From: Halioglobus sp.
GTDB taxonomy: Bacteria; Pseudomonadota; Gammaproteobacteria; Pseudomonadales; Halieaceae
Direction of reading: 5' to 3'
Assembly (NCBI GenBank): GCA_039986455.1
Contig: JBDWQQ010000151.1
Location: 4,376 to 68,375 of the forward strand
DNA: 64,000 nt
Part shown: positions 1-10,547 of the stretch, piece by piece
Position numbering within the stretch: the first letter of the stretch is position 1
How the letters are laid out: every line of letters starts with the position of its first letter
Made by a program: the position numbers and the translations under genes
Notes under the pieces: generated by a model
What the model was told of the DNA's origin: nothing
What the model saw: only the letters and a program-made list of their open reading frames with translations
The model's database searches: none

Positions 1-755
1 TTGGAGATAAGCCAGCGTGAGCCCATCCATACGCCCTGAGCACCCATAGACATGGCAGCCAGCATTTGGCGGCCATTACCAATGCCGCCGGCGGCCAGCA
101 CAGGCAAGGGTGCAATCGCATCGATCATTTGCGGCCACAACACCATGGAAGACACCTCGCCTGCGTGTCCTCCGCCCTCGCCGCCCTGACAGACGACAAA
201 ATCCAGACCGGCATTTTTGTGGGCAATACCATGTTTAAGCCGGCCCGCCAAAGCGCCAATAAGCCGGCCGGAGTCCTGTACCTGTTTGATGACATCTTCT
301 GGTGGCGTACCCAAAGCGTTCACTATCATCCGGCATTTTGGTCGCGTCAGGGCCTCATCCACCAGGGCTTGCGCCTGAATCGCTGAAAAACTCAAGGTCA
401 CTTCGTCATCACCCTCGGGCCAAGCGGGCACGCCCGCATCCGTGAGCATTTTTTCGGCGAACTTGCGGTGTTGTTCAGGAATCGCGTCCTGCAACATGGC
501 CACCAGTTCCTCTGGAGAGGTTTTATCCATCCCTTCGTATTTCTGCGGAATCGCGGTATCAACGCCATAGATATGATCGCCGATATGGGCATCGATCCAA
601 TCGAGCTCTTCTTTCAACTGTTCAGCCGTAAAGCCGACCGCCCCAAGAACACCTATTCCACCGGCCTTGGACACTTCTACGACAACATCACGACAATGGG
701 TAAAGGCAAAGATGGGGGCCTCAACACCTAGCTGTTTACAAAATTCGGTTTGCAT
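1..755 (-). CDS. Nitronate monooxygenase (NMO / 2-nitropropane dioxygenase family), first 251 codons; C-terminus lies beyond the left edge
   Basis: Own translation of the minus strand from ATG at 755-753: MQTEFCKQLGVEAPIFAFTHCRDVVVEVSKAGGIGVLGAVGFTAEQLKEEL..., later ...GLDFVVCQGGEGGGHAGEVSSMVLWPQMID. I checked every in-frame triplet and found no stop down to base 3. Open at the edge, so absent from the ORF track. Confidence 0.75.
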   Translation of the reverse strand, partial: MQTEFCKQLGVEAPIFAFTHCRDVVVEVSKAGGIGVLGAVGFTAEQLKEELDWIDAHIGDHIYGVDTAIPQKYEGMDKTSPEELVAMLQDAIPEQHRKFAEKMLTDAGVPAWPEGDDEVTLSFSAIQAQALVDEALTRPKCRMIVNALGTPPEDVIKQVQDSGRLIGALAGRLKHGIAHKNAGLDFVVCQGGEGGGHAGEVSSMVLWPQMIDAIAPLPVLAAGGIGNGRQMLAAMSMGAQGVWMGSRWLIS

Positions 756-906
756 GGAAATCCTCTGCTCATTGGTTTAATGACCACAGAGTGGGGGATT
801 TAGCCCTTCTAGAGAATGGCGGAAAAGGCCGAATGGGTTGACAGAACTTTCCCCAAAGACCTTTCCCCAAAAAAACCTTCGCCGATTTGTTCCGACGTTT
901 ACCCGC

Positions 907-3900
907 CTACTCTTCGAGGCTGAAAAGCTGGGTATTGCCACCTTTTGCCACCACATTATCAGTGCGGGTTTTCTCAGTCACAAACCGCGACAAATAGTGA
1001 GGACCGCCGGCTTTTGGCCCGGTGCCAGAAAGGCCCTGACCACCAAACGGGTTAACCCCCACCACGGCACCCACCATGTTTCGATTGATATAGGTATTAC
1101 CCACTCGGGTGGCGTTGAACACCTCCCTGGCAAACCCGTCTATTCGACTGTGAATACCCAACGTCAAACCAAACCCAGAAGCGTTAATATCTGCCAGCAC
1201 CTGGGGAATCTCTGACACCTTATAAGTAATGATATGCAAGATAGGGCCGAAGACTTCTTCCGGTAATTGCGAAAGACGCTGAATTTGATAAACCTGCGGG
1301 GCCACAAAATACCCACTTTGGTGAGCATCGCTCAAGGTGCATGCGTGCAGAAGACTGGCCTCACTACGCATGCGCTGCTCATGTCTTTCCAACATTTGTC
1401 GCGCCTTAAGGTCAATCACTGGTCCTATATCTGTACTGAGCGCTGCCGGGTTGCCAATCTTCAACTCATCCATGGCGCCACGCAGCATGTTGATCACGTT
1501 ATCGGCAATGTCTTCCTGTAGGTACAACACGCGCAGTGCACTGCAACGTTGGCCCGCGCTTTGAAATGCCGAAGCGATAACATCGTCCACCACTTGTTCT
1601 GGTAATGCGGTCGCATCGACGAGCATCACGTTGAGCCCACCCGTTTCAGCAATGAGCGGCACAATAGGGCCATCGCGCTCTGCCAACTGACGGTTAATCC
1701 GCTGGGCGGTTTGAGTGCTACCAGTGAACACAACGCCAGAAACTCGAGCGTCGGAGAGCAAAGCCCCACCAATCCTGCCGCCGTCGCCCGGCAACAGGTG
1801 CAACGCATCGGCAGGCACTCCCGCCTCATGCAAAAGCTGAACCGCCCTGCCCGCTATCAAGGGAGTTTGTTCTGCTGGTTTGGCAACCACCGAGTTACCC
1901 GCGGCTAAAGCTGCGGCCACCTGACCCACAAAAATAGCCAGCGGGAAATTCCACGGGCTGATGCAGACAAAGACCCCGCGACCGTGCAACGTCAACTCAT
2001 TCACCTCACCGGTCGGGCCGGGCAGCGCTTGAGGCGTTAGCATATAAGCGCGGCCCTGCTGCGCATAATAGCGACAGAAATCCACGGCCTCACGAACCTC
2101 TGAAAGCGCATCATCAATAGTGCGCCCCGCTTCGGCCACAATCAGCCCGACCAATGACTGGCAGTTGCTCTCCAGCAGGTCTGCGGCTTTTTCCAGGCAT
2201 GCCGCTCGATGCTCTGAACCGGCCTTATCCCAAGCGGCTTGCGAGGCGCTAGCACGCGCCAGAGCAGCGTCAATACTTTGCTCACCGGCTTCCACAACCT
2301 CTCCGACCTGGCTGCCTTGATCTGCGGGATTAATGACCCTTTGAGCGGTGCCGGGAATCAATTGCCCGCCGACAATCGGTGAAACACTCTGGGGGCTTTG
2401 AGCGACCGCCATCACAGCCTGTAATAGCGGTGCAACCTCAAGTGGATCAGCCAGATCAATCCCTTTGGCGTTAAGCCATGGATAGGGCTCGTTGGCGAAG
2501 ATCGTTCGCGGCACTGGTATGCCGCTGTGGCGATGCACGTCATGAGAGCGCGTTTCCACCACTGGGTCCTGCAACAGATCCTCAGGCGCAACCTCCGCAT
2601 CAAGGAAACGATTCACAAAGGAGCTATTGGCTCCATTTTCCAAGAGACGTCGCACCAAATACGGTAGCAAGTCACGGTGATTACCCACCGGCGCATACAC
2701 CCTGACAGACGCATTGGGATGACTGTCCAACACCTCGTCATACAACAAATGCCCCATGCCATGCAGACGTTGGAACTCAAACTGCTTGTCGCCGGCAAGC
2801 TCAAGTATCAACGCTGACGTGTGGGCGTTATGAGTGGCAAACTGCGGAAATATCTCCTCCTGAGCTGACAGCAAAACTTCCGCGCAAGCGTGATAAGAAA
2901 GATCAGTGTGGCACTTGCGAGTGAACACGGGATAGTCAGGCATGCCCTGTTCCTGCGCGTGCTTAATCTCTCCGTCCCAGTAAGCGCCTTTCACCAAGCG
3001 CACCATGAAACGGCGTCCTGAGTCTCGGGCTAGCTCAATTAACCAGCGAGCAACGCCTGTGGCCCGCTTCTGATAGGCCTGTAATACAAAGCCCAAACCA
3101 TCCCAACCGGCAAGTGCCTCATCCCGGGCCAGTGCCGCAAATATATCCAGCGACAGGTCCAGTCGGTCGCACTCTTCTGCATCAATGCTAAACCCAATAC
3201 GCCCCTCCCTGGCCATCAGCGCCAACGCTTTAACGCGAGGTAGTAATTGCTCAAAGACCCGTTGCTTTTGACGGTACTCGTAACGTGCGTGCAGAGCAGA
3301 AAGTTTAACGGAGATACCATTGGCCTCGACTGCACTGGGACTGTTCCCGGCGGCGACGATGCGGCGAATAGCCTCGGAATAGGAATCAAAGTAACGGCGT
3401 GCGTCCTCGTCGGTACGGGCTCCCTCCCCCAGCATGTCGAATGAAAATCGAGTGCCGGGTCGATTGCCACTGGTGCCTTTATGAATCGCTTCTTCGATAG
3501 TACGGCCCAGGACATATTGCCCACCCATAATGCGCATCGCCTGCAATACAGCGCGGCGCACGACTGGCTCACCCAGTGAACTCACCAGGCGTTTCATCCA
3601 TGAACTGGTGTCACCGGTAATATCATCTTCCAAGTGAACGACGCGGCCGGTAAGCATCAAACCCCAAACCGATGCATTCACAAAACGCGAGCCAGACTTG
3701 CCTTTGTGTGAAGCCCAGTCGCCAGACAAAATTTTCTCGGCGATCAGCCTGTCTGCGGTCTCCTCATCGGGCACTCTCAACAAGGACTCAGCAAGGCACA
3801 TCAGCGCTATGCCTTCTTTGTTAGACAGGCCAAACTCCTGCAGGAACGCATCCAGAGTCCCCGCTTTATGACTCATTCCCCGACAGCGCTCCACAAGATT

Positions 3901-4056
3901 AACTGCAGCAGCACGCACTGATTCACGCCCGGTCGTCGAGAGCGTACAGGCACTCAGCAGTGCCTCTACAACCTTGGGTTCATCGGCATAGGTAGTCAGC
4001 CGAATATCGTTCCTAATCTGGGGCAATAGCTCAGACACGCGAGCTCCTTTTAACAA
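907..4056 (-). CDS. putA: Bifunctional proline dehydrogenase / glutamate-gamma-semialdehyde (P5C) dehydrogenase PutA, short form without N-terminal DNA-binding domain
   Basis: 1049-aa ORF. The N-terminal half has the PutA proline dehydrogenase barrel (DAFLQEFGLSNKEGIALMCLAESLLRVPD, SVKLSALH, DAEE). The C-terminal half is an aldehyde dehydrogenase (FTGST, GQRCSA, EEVFGPIL). Confidence 0.95.
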   Translation of the reverse strand: MLKGARVSELLPQIRNDIRLTTYADEPKVVEALLSACTLSTTGRESVRAAAVNLVERCRGMSHKAGTLDAFLQEFGLSNKEGIALMCLAESLLRVPDEETADRLIAEKILSGDWASHKGKSGSRFVNASVWGLMLTGRVVHLEDDITGDTSSWMKRLVSSLGEPVVRRAVLQAMRIMGGQYVLGRTIEEAIHKGTSGNRPGTRFSFDMLGEGARTDEDARRYFDSYSEAIRRIVAAGNSPSAVEANGISVKLSALHARYEYRQKQRVFEQLLPRVKALALMAREGRIGFSIDAEECDRLDLSLDIFAALARDEALAGWDGLGFVLQAYQKRATGVARWLIELARDSGRRFMVRLVKGAYWDGEIKHAQEQGMPDYPVFTRKCHTDLSYHACAEVLLSAQEEIFPQFATHNAHTSALILELAGDKQFEFQRLHGMGHLLYDEVLDSHPNASVRVYAPVGNHRDLLPYLVRRLLENGANSSFVNRFLDAEVAPEDLLQDPVVETRSHDVHRHSGIPVPRTIFANEPYPWLNAKGIDLADPLEVAPLLQAVMAVAQSPQSVSPIVGGQLIPGTAQRVINPADQGSQVGEVVEAGEQSIDAALARASASQAAWDKAGSEHRAACLEKAADLLESNCQSLVGLIVAEAGRTIDDALSEVREAVDFCRYYAQQGRAYMLTPQALPGPTGEVNELTLHGRGVFVCISPWNFPLAIFVGQVAAALAAGNSVVAKPAEQTPLIAGRAVQLLHEAGVPADALHLLPGDGGRIGGALLSDARVSGVVFTGSTQTAQRINRQLAERDGPIVPLIAETGGLNVMLVDATALPEQVVDDVIASAFQSAGQRCSALRVLYLQEDIADNVINMLRGAMDELKIGNPAALSTDIGPVIDLKARQMLERHEQRMRSEASLLHACTLSDAHQSGYFVAPQVYQIQRLSQLPEEVFGPILHIITYKVSEIPQVLADINASGFGLTLGIHSRIDGFAREVFNATRVGNTYINRNMVGAVVGVNPFGGQGLSGTGPKAGGPHYLSRFVTEKTRTDNVVAKGGNTQLFSLEE

Positions 4057-4273
4057 TACGGTTGCGACTCGAACATCGGAATGAGTCTAGTTGATTTTCG
4101 GCACTAAGGTAGCGGCCAAAAGCCACATTGGGAAGCAGTTTTACAGCCATTGAGTAGGCAAAAGCGTCAATTAGCCAAATCACGGGCCAAGGCTTACGCG
4201 TTACGGAACAACGGCAGGGAAATTACGGAAGTTTAGGCGCTGGATATGCGGCTGTCAGAAGACTTACCGCCCG

Positions 4274-5212
4274 TTAGCCGGCAGCGGGTTGCCCATTGGA
4301 AAACTCAGGCACCACACGACGAATGACGTCAAGGTAGCTACTGGCGATAGCGTTTTCGTGGCCCTCGTAGAAGCCCCGCTGAACCAGCAGCTGATGCAAT
4401 GACTTCAGTCTGTACGCCGGCACGCTTGCCAACAAGTGATGTTCAATATGGTAATTCACCTGATTGGGACAAAAGATCAAACGTTCAACGGGATTGGCAT
4501 AGGTAGTGCGCGTATTGAGGCGTGGGTCCGGATTGTACAAATCCGTTACATTACCGTGTTCCGCCACCTGACGAATGCGTGCGATTAAAGGATAGGTGGT
4601 GAGATACGCCACAAGCCAGAGTAAATAATAGGCGCCTAGACCCAACCCCAGCATGCCTAAAAACAGAACCAGATTAACCAGCAGCCCTTTGCGCTCGGAG
4701 TGCGTAGTTTCGCCGTCACGCAACATCAGGTTACGCCCCTTACCGCCAAACACACTGCGCACCAACAGCATCCCGGTTTGTCCCGTAAGGTCTCGTTTGA
4801 GCTTGCGAATGAAGCTGGCCTTACTCACCGGATAGTTGCGGTAGTTAGGCAGGTCTGGATCTTCTTCAGTACCAGCCAATCGATGATGGATTCGATGCGA
4901 CGCTCCATAGGCATTCACATCACCCAGCACCGGGTAAGCACAAAGCCACTGGCCAATGCGTTCGTTTAAAGCATCGGTTTTGAACAGCGATTTGTGCCCC
5001 GCTTCGTGCATCAGCACTGCCAGGCCCAGCTGTCGACCTCCGAGCAATACAATAGCAATCAGCCAGGTAATCGGGTGAGACCAAACTATCGCGCCAGCAA
5101 ATATGGCCACGATGAGCACCCAATTAACAAAGACAGCCCAGGCACCTTGCAGGTCACTGCGTTGGGTGAAGTGTTGCACTTCATCTTTACTTAAAAAATC
5201 GAGCGCTTTCAT
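4274..5212 (-). CDS. Fatty acid desaturase family membrane protein
   Basis: 312 aa with three His boxes (HEAGH, HRIHH, HIEHH) and hydrophobic segments. Confidence 0.85.
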   Translation of the reverse strand: MKALDFLSKDEVQHFTQRSDLQGAWAVFVNWVLIVAIFAGAIVWSHPITWLIAIVLLGGRQLGLAVLMHEAGHKSLFKTDALNERIGQWLCAYPVLGDVNAYGASHRIHHRLAGTEEDPDLPNYRNYPVSKASFIRKLKRDLTGQTGMLLVRSVFGGKGRNLMLRDGETTHSERKGLLVNLVLFLGMLGLGLGAYYLLWLVAYLTTYPLIARIRQVAEHGNVTDLYNPDPRLNTRTTYANPVERLIFCPNQVNYHIEHHLLASVPAYRLKSLHQLLVQRGFYEGHENAIASSYLDVIRRVVPEFSNGQPAAG

Positions 5213-5300
5213 TTAGATCTCGTCATCGCCAAGCAATGACTCAATATACAACAATGATGAGCGCGATGGCCTATCATTTTGGCGACATAGCGTCGCCAAG

Positions 5301-6200
5301 TCAGGCTGCTTGTAACTCTCTCGGTTCAAGCCCGCGCGCACCAAGCCGGTAAATAGGCGCTCCTTTGGCCACCATGACAGGCTCGATGTCATGAAACAGC
5401 TTTTCGTACTGATAAAAGGGAACCCGGGGAAACAGATGGTGAATAGAGTGATAATTCTGGAACACCCAAACCCAATTGAGTAATGCCTGACCTCGCCCTG
5501 GAAGTAAAATTGTCGAGGTATCGACATAGCGCCCAACTTTGTCTTGCGGCCGATGAACCAGGTAAGCAAATAAATACAGTGTTATTGCAACCCCCAGCAA
5601 CCAGGCAACACCGAACAGTAATGCGCCCTCAACCCAGAAGCCCGCTGCCAACACAGCAATTCTAGGAAGCAATGACACAGCAATTTCGGCACAAAACTGC
5701 ACGTTTTGACGGGCAGGTGCTTTACTCCAGCGATGCTGGAAGTAAAAGCTGAATTGACTGTGGAACACCTGCGCGGCAGCCCTTAGCGCCTCGATCGGCG
5801 TATTACTGATCTCACCAATGTGGTAATCCGGGTCGTCATCTTTGTCATTGGTGTTGCGGTGATGGGCGAGATGTTCGTGCCGATGAGCGGTCAGAGGGAT
5901 CATAAGCACCCAGCCTGCGGCATAACCCAGCGCTTCGTTAAGCCAGCGCAGATTTTGTTGATTACCGGCAATCGTACCGTGCGCCGCCTCGTGCAGTACG
6001 GTATAGCTAAGATAGGTTAGTAGCGCGATGAATGGTGTTGCCAGCCATAACGAAAGAGCACCAGTCAATGACGCTACGACCACCAAGCCGTAGGCGCTAA
6101 AGACCAGCACTGCAAAACATACCGTTGGCCAGGCAACGCCGCCCATATAACGCTTGGCACTCGCAAGGGCTTCTTGATCCAGCGTGTCTTGATTATTCAT
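5301..6200 (-). CDS. Fatty acid desaturase family membrane protein (second, divergent copy)
   Basis: His boxes HEAAH, HLAHH, HSIHH. I prefer the ATG at 6200 (MNNQDTLDQ..., GGAAGAG upstream) over the longest-ORF start at 6266. Confidence 0.8.
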   Translation of the reverse strand: MNNQDTLDQEALASAKRYMGGVAWPTVCFAVLVFSAYGLVVVASLTGALSLWLATPFIALLTYLSYTVLHEAAHGTIAGNQQNLRWLNEALGYAAGWVLMIPLTAHRHEHLAHHRNTNDKDDDPDYHIGEISNTPIEALRAAAQVFHSQFSFYFQHRWSKAPARQNVQFCAEIAVSLLPRIAVLAAGFWVEGALLFGVAWLLGVAITLYLFAYLVHRPQDKVGRYVDTSTILLPGRGQALLNWVWVFQNYHSIHHLFPRVPFYQYEKLFHDIEPVMVAKGAPIYRLGARGLEPRELQAA

Positions 6201-6310
6201 GTGCTCTTCCGGCTTTGTCGACGATGGCCCTACTGTGCCGCAGATTTTCGACACAGATGAGTGCATTTAACGCCAAAATGGTGTCATAATTCGCCAAATA
6301 ATAGAATTTG

Positions 6311-7324
6311 ATGCTAATGAATACCATAAGCCCCGTGTATGCCCGTCTGGTGCTTCGCGAAATGGAACGCAACTCTATCGACACCGCGCCTTTATTTGCG
6401 GGCTCGTTACTGACTCGACAACAGCTGTTGCAAGGCGGCGATATTCGCCTTGAAGACTTTCTTCGCATACTCGAAGTCGGGCGGCAAAGTTTAGACGGCG
6501 AGCAACTTGGCCTGATGCTGGGCCGCAATATGCGGATATTTGTTCTTGGGCCTTTGGGCGCAGGCATGGCTGTAGCACCCACCATTCGCGAGGGCCTGCA
6601 ACTCATGGCGAGTCATACTCGCCTGCACACCACCTACACCAGCGTGCACGCCCGCCCCTCCCTGGCGGGCCTCAAATTACTGCTGAAATACCAGTTCGAC
6701 ATGGGCGATCTTGAGCACTTTCACACTGAAACAGCGGTTATGCTGTTTCAGCACTACATTGAGCAAATCACAGGTGAACCACTGGTCGATGCGCACTATC
6801 GCTTATCGATCCCTTCACCTGCCGACCCAAAGGTTTATAGCGAAGCCATACATGGCCAACTGAGTTTCGGTGGTGACCGCGATGAAATCGAGATTCCCCG
6901 GCATTGGCTGGATCACCCCTCCCCCTACTACCATGATGAGCTGTGGCATCAAACTCAGCTCACCCTATCCAAACGCTTGCAAGAAAAAGGGGAGCAACAA
7001 ACGGAAACCTATTCGCAACACGTCAGCGCGTTGCTAGGAACCAGCGAGCCGCCATTACCTGAACTGGGACAGGTTGCAAAAAATCTGCTCGTCTCAGAGC
7101 GAACTCTGAATCGGCGTTTACAGGCGGAGGGTGTCAATTTTCGTCAACTTAAATCACGCGCCCTGGCTAGCTGGGCGAAGATCTACCTGATTCAAACCCA
7201 GAATAGCGTTGAATCCATCGCAGCCAATCTGGGCTATAACGACACGGCAAACTTTCGCCGTGCGTTTCGCAAAAGCACCGGCGCCACACCGAGTGAATAT
7301 CGATTAGCGAACAAGAGAGCATAG
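6311..7324 (+). CDS. AraC family transcriptional regulator
   Basis: 337 aa with a C-terminal double HTH ([20 protein letters not shown] ... [24 protein letters not shown]). Divergent from the desaturase pair. ATG at 6311; a TTG lies at 6308. Confidence 0.85.
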   Translation: MLMNTISPVYARLVLREMERNSIDTAPLFAGSLLTRQQLLQGGDIRLEDFLRILEVGRQSLDGEQLGLMLGRNMRIFVLGPLGAGMAVAPTIREGLQLMASHTRLHTTYTSVHARPSLAGLKLLLKYQFDMGDLEHFHTETAVMLFQHYIEQITGEPLVDAHYRLSIPSPADPKVYSEAIHGQLSFGGDRDEIEIPRHWLDHPSPYYHDELWHQTQLTLSKRLQEKGEQQTETYSQHVSALLGTSEPPLPELGQVAKNLLVSERTLNRRLQAEGVNFRQLKSRALASWAKIYLIQTQNSVESIAANLGYNDTANFRRAFRKSTGATPSEYRLANKRA

Positions 7325-7326
7325 CC

Positions 7327-8004
7327 ATGCAAGACTACGAGGCCGTTCCCCTACCCCCAAGCGAACAATACAGCGCCGAAGAGATGAAACGCAGAGCTGA
7401 GAGCTACTATCAGCAAATCAAGCGTCGGCATTCGGTTCGCCACTTCAGCGACCAGCCGGTTTCCAGACAAGTTATCGAAACCTGTATAAAAGCGGCGGGC
7501 ACTGCGCCCAGCGGTGCCAACCATCAGCCATGGCATTTCGTGTGCGTCGGTGACGCGACGGTTAAGCGCAAAATTCGGATCGCGGCTGAACATGAAGAGG
7601 CCGAATTTTACGGCGGCCGAGCCGGCGAAGACTGGTTGGAGGATCTAGACAAACTTGGCACCGATGCGAAGAAGCCCTTTTTAGAGACAGCACCTTGGTT
7701 GATCGCCATTTTCCTTGAGCGCAGCGGCACCGATGAAGAGGGCAAAAAACGCAAGAATTACTACATGTCGGAATCTGTTGGCATCGCGACGGGCTTCTTA
7801 CTGAACGCACTGCACAGTGCAGGCCTGGCGACCCTCACGCACACTCCAAACCCAATGAAGTTTCTTAATGAAATACTAAATCGGCCAACCACCGAGCGAC
7901 CCTATATATTGCTAGTGGTTGGACACCCATCAGACGAGGCTACTGTCCCTGCAGCAGCGCTGGTAAAGAAGCCATTGGGCGAAATTTCAACGTTTATCGA
8001 GTAA
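7327..8004 (+). CDS. Nitro-FMN reductase superfamily protein, iodotyrosine deiodinase (IYD)-like
   Basis: 225 aa with [29 protein letters not shown]...[21 protein letters not shown] and ATVP...KKPL. It resembles animal IYD over its full length as I recall that sequence. Confidence 0.8.
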   Translation: MQDYEAVPLPPSEQYSAEEMKRRAESYYQQIKRRHSVRHFSDQPVSRQVIETCIKAAGTAPSGANHQPWHFVCVGDATVKRKIRIAAEHEEAEFYGGRAGEDWLEDLDKLGTDAKKPFLETAPWLIAIFLERSGTDEEGKKRKNYYMSESVGIATGFLLNALHSAGLATLTHTPNPMKFLNEILNRPTTERPYILLVVGHPSDEATVPAAALVKKPLGEISTFIE

Positions 8005-8035
8005 GCGTGAGCCTGCAGCTTCAACCCATTAGCGC

Positions 8036-8395
8036 CTAAACCAGCACAATGTCGGCCTTCATGCTGTAAAGGATATAAAGCACTTCTTCTTTTTCGCGCT
8101 GACCCACACCGTTCTTTTCCAGCGCCTGCAGCGCATCGTCAAGCACTGCAATAAACTCCTCCGCATCGATATTCATGCCCTTGTGCGTGGCCAGCATATC
8201 CTTACCTTCATAGACACTGGGCCCGCCCGTGCCTGTGATGAAGAATGTTGCTGCGCCGTTTTTTACCTTGGCGAGATCGCTATTAGCGTAGCGAGGTGAT
8301 ATTCGAGGGTTCTGCATATGTGTATCAACAAGGTCATTTGCGATATTGGTAATGCCGTCTGTGCCGCCTAAACGTTCATAAAGAGATTCCGCCAT
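8036..8395 (-). CDS. Group I truncated hemoglobin
   Basis: 119 aa, MAESLYERLGGTDGI... with typical 2-on-2 globin length and N-terminal motif. Confidence 0.85.
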   Translation of the reverse strand: MAESLYERLGGTDGITNIANDLVDTHMQNPRISPRYANSDLAKVKNGAATFFITGTGGPSVYEGKDMLATHKGMNIDAEEFIAVLDDALQALEKNGVGQREKEEVLYILYSMKADIVLV

Positions 8396-8556
8396 GGTCT
8401 ATTTTCCTCTCGTGAGCCAGTGCAACTTAAAGCTAGACGATATTCATCCAAGTCGCCAATGAAGGTCTATGCTGTACAAAGCACTGAAGATTAATGCGTG
8501 TTCATTCACTCATTATTGCCAATGCATCTTCCACCTTATCGAGAGGGAACGACATT

Positions 8557-9027
8557 ATGAATTGGGAAGCACTGGGAGCGATTGCGGAACTAATCGGCGG
8601 GCTCGGCGTTATCGTAACACTGGGGTATTTAGCGCTGCAGATCAGGGGAAGCAACCGGGTGGCCAGCGCGCAGTCGCGGCAGTCGATGTCTGCCTTCGCC
8701 ATGAGCATTTCGCGATTTCATGCTGAATTCGCTGATCGCTGTGCCAAAGTGGGGTCCTCAGAGCAACTGACCCCAGGCGATAAAGAATTCCAGTATTGGA
8801 ACCATATGCAGATGCTCACCTACGGGGAATCTTACTATCATCAATTTCAACTGGGGTTGATGCCAGATAGCCACTGGAAAGGGTTCTCGAACTGGATTGA
8901 GGCCTACTCAAACACTAACGGATTTGACGAGTTCTGGGAGCAAGAAGGCAACAGCTTCGCCCTGGACTATTGCGCATGGATAAACGAAAGACTTGTGCAG
9001 CGAGAAAAGCCTAAGAAAAGCGTGTGA
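8557..9027 (+). CDS. Hypothetical N-terminally anchored protein, paralog family A
   Basis: Start at the ATG at 8557, preceded by GAGAGGGAA. N-terminal TM helix followed by YLALQIR, and YHQFQLGLMPDSHW. Related to 14360-14824 and 50818-51330. Confidence 0.6.
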   Translation: MNWEALGAIAELIGGLGVIVTLGYLALQIRGSNRVASAQSRQSMSAFAMSISRFHAEFADRCAKVGSSEQLTPGDKEFQYWNHMQMLTYGESYYHQFQLGLMPDSHWKGFSNWIEAYSNTNGFDEFWEQEGNSFALDYCAWINERLVQREKPKKSV

Positions 9028-9151
9028 TCAAGATGCACATCGGAGTTTCATGAGCACCGCCGTAAACGGCTCAACGATCAGCGACATCAGTGATCTCCAT
9101 GCCCGGGGTTAGCGTAAAGACTTAGCATGCACTTTTTGGAGTTACTACTTC

Positions 9152-9664
9152 ATGTGGAAATACACGGGACAAGAGCGCCCTCCTTTCGCCGAACAGCCTG
9201 CGCCGGGGCAGGAATCCGTCTGGGACTATCCAAGACCCCCCGCATTGGTCGCCAGTGAAGCAGTGGTAGAGATCTTTGCCGGTGAACTGAAGATTGGCAC
9301 TTCAAAGCGGTCTCTGCGTGTATTGGAAACAGCAAGCCCCCCTACTTTCTACCTGCCCGCTGCCGACATCCATTGGGATCGATTGCAACGAGTTGCCGGC
9401 AGTAGTTATTGTGAATGGAAAGGTATGGCCTCTTACTGGGCGCTGGCATCAGCCCCGGGCGAGGGAGCAGTCGGCTGGAGCTATGACTCCCCCAGCACAC
9501 GCTTCGCCGCGATCGATGGGCATATCTCGTTCTACCCCGCGCTAGTGGATTGCAGGGTTAACGGTGAAGCGGTTGAGCCCCAGCCCGGTGGCTTTTATGG
9601 AGGTTGGGTGACCAAAAACATCGCAGGCCCCTTTAAGGGAGGGCCAGGAACAGGACATTGGTAA
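9152..9664 (+). CDS. DUF427 domain protein
   Basis: 170 aa with WDYPRPP, ETASPPTFYLP and CEWKGMASYW, which I recognise as DUF427 motifs. Confidence 0.75.
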   Translation: MWKYTGQERPPFAEQPAPGQESVWDYPRPPALVASEAVVEIFAGELKIGTSKRSLRVLETASPPTFYLPAADIHWDRLQRVAGSSYCEWKGMASYWALASAPGEGAVGWSYDSPSTRFAAIDGHISFYPALVDCRVNGEAVEPQPGGFYGGWVTKNIAGPFKGGPGTGHW

Positions 9665-9666
9665 TC

Positions 9667-9701
9667 GCAGGAGCACACCGCTGTTACCTGAGTGCTCCTG
9701 C
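9667..9701 (+). terminator. Strong hairpin after the DUF427 gene (10-bp stem), no clear T-tract
   Basis: gcaggagcac-N15-gtgctcctgc, starting 3 nt after the stop at 9664. Confidence 0.3.
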
Positions 9702-9768
9702 AATAACGCTTGATTGTGTCTCAAGTCCGCATCTATTCTTAACCAGAATTTTACAGCCAGGAGCTTGA

Positions 9769-10140
9769 ATGATGACGGCCTACGAATACGCAGATTTAGC
9801 CGCCAGTAATTACACCATCAGCTTTACGATTCTGTCGCTGCTCGTTGCGCTTGCCAGCGCCTACTTTGTTGCAGCCTATGTTATGGGTAAATCCTTAAGC
9901 CCACTTCAAGTATTTCTGCTTAATGTTGTCTATGGCCTGTGGATGTTAGGACTCGCCTGGATAGCCACTCGGTTTCTTATCCGCGCTACGGAAATAGGCA
10001 TAATTTCTCGATCGCTTGATGATGGCCAAACGGGAAACGTTTTCGCCTTCGCGGTGTTCGTGCCATCGATTATGATTATCTCAACCTTATTGATCAGCTA
10101 TGGATTCATGTGGAGCATTCGTCACCCGAGCTCAAAATAA
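9769..10140 (+). CDS. Small multi-pass membrane protein, divergent member of paralog family B
   Basis: 123 aa. Shares the layout, AYFVAAYVMGKSLSPLQ and the C-terminal FMWSIRHP with the ORFs at 15553, 16017, 16511 and 50346. Confidence 0.65.
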   Translation: MMTAYEYADLAASNYTISFTILSLLVALASAYFVAAYVMGKSLSPLQVFLLNVVYGLWMLGLAWIATRFLIRATEIGIISRSLDDGQTGNVFAFAVFVPSIMIISTLLISYGFMWSIRHPSSK

Positions 10141-10222
10141 TCCCTCTTTTTAACTGCGATCATCGGTTCCTCCCCCATAGTCTATTTTTAGCAATACATT
10201 TTTTAATGAGGAAAACCTAACA

Positions 10223-10423
10223 GTGAAGTTTTCTACACAACGAAATATCCTGCGCACGTTCCATCTAGCCGGTGCGGCCATTATTGGCACGTACATCTAT
10301 TCGCCATGGAGCAATCTCGAATGGTTTACACTACTCAATCAAGTGATTGTGGTTCCTTTGCTGTCACTCTCTGGTATATGGATGTGGAAGGGCCAAAGCA
10401 TCAAGGCTGCGTTAAAGCATTAG
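10223..10423 (+). CDS. Hypothetical small membrane protein (66 aa)
   Basis: GTG start with GAGGAAAA upstream and two hydrophobic segments. No family recognised. Confidence 0.4.
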   Translation: MKFSTQRNILRTFHLAGAAIIGTYIYSPWSNLEWFTLLNQVIVVPLLSLSGIWMWKGQSIKAALKH

Positions 10424-10547
10424 AAAAATGCACTCAACAATGCTCATCTGGGCAATCTTGAGCCACTTCAGTGTTTACAAAATTTCTCACTCCATTGAGG
10501 CAGTACTGGCTATGATCGCCTCGGTCGGGTTGTCGGTTTTTCATAAA

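Noticed and set aside
5213-5569. 118-aa minus-strand ORF bridging the two desaturase genes
   Set aside because: Its 5' three-quarters overlap the 3' end of the upstream desaturase gene in another frame, and it has no motifs. The true intergenic gap is 5213-5300.
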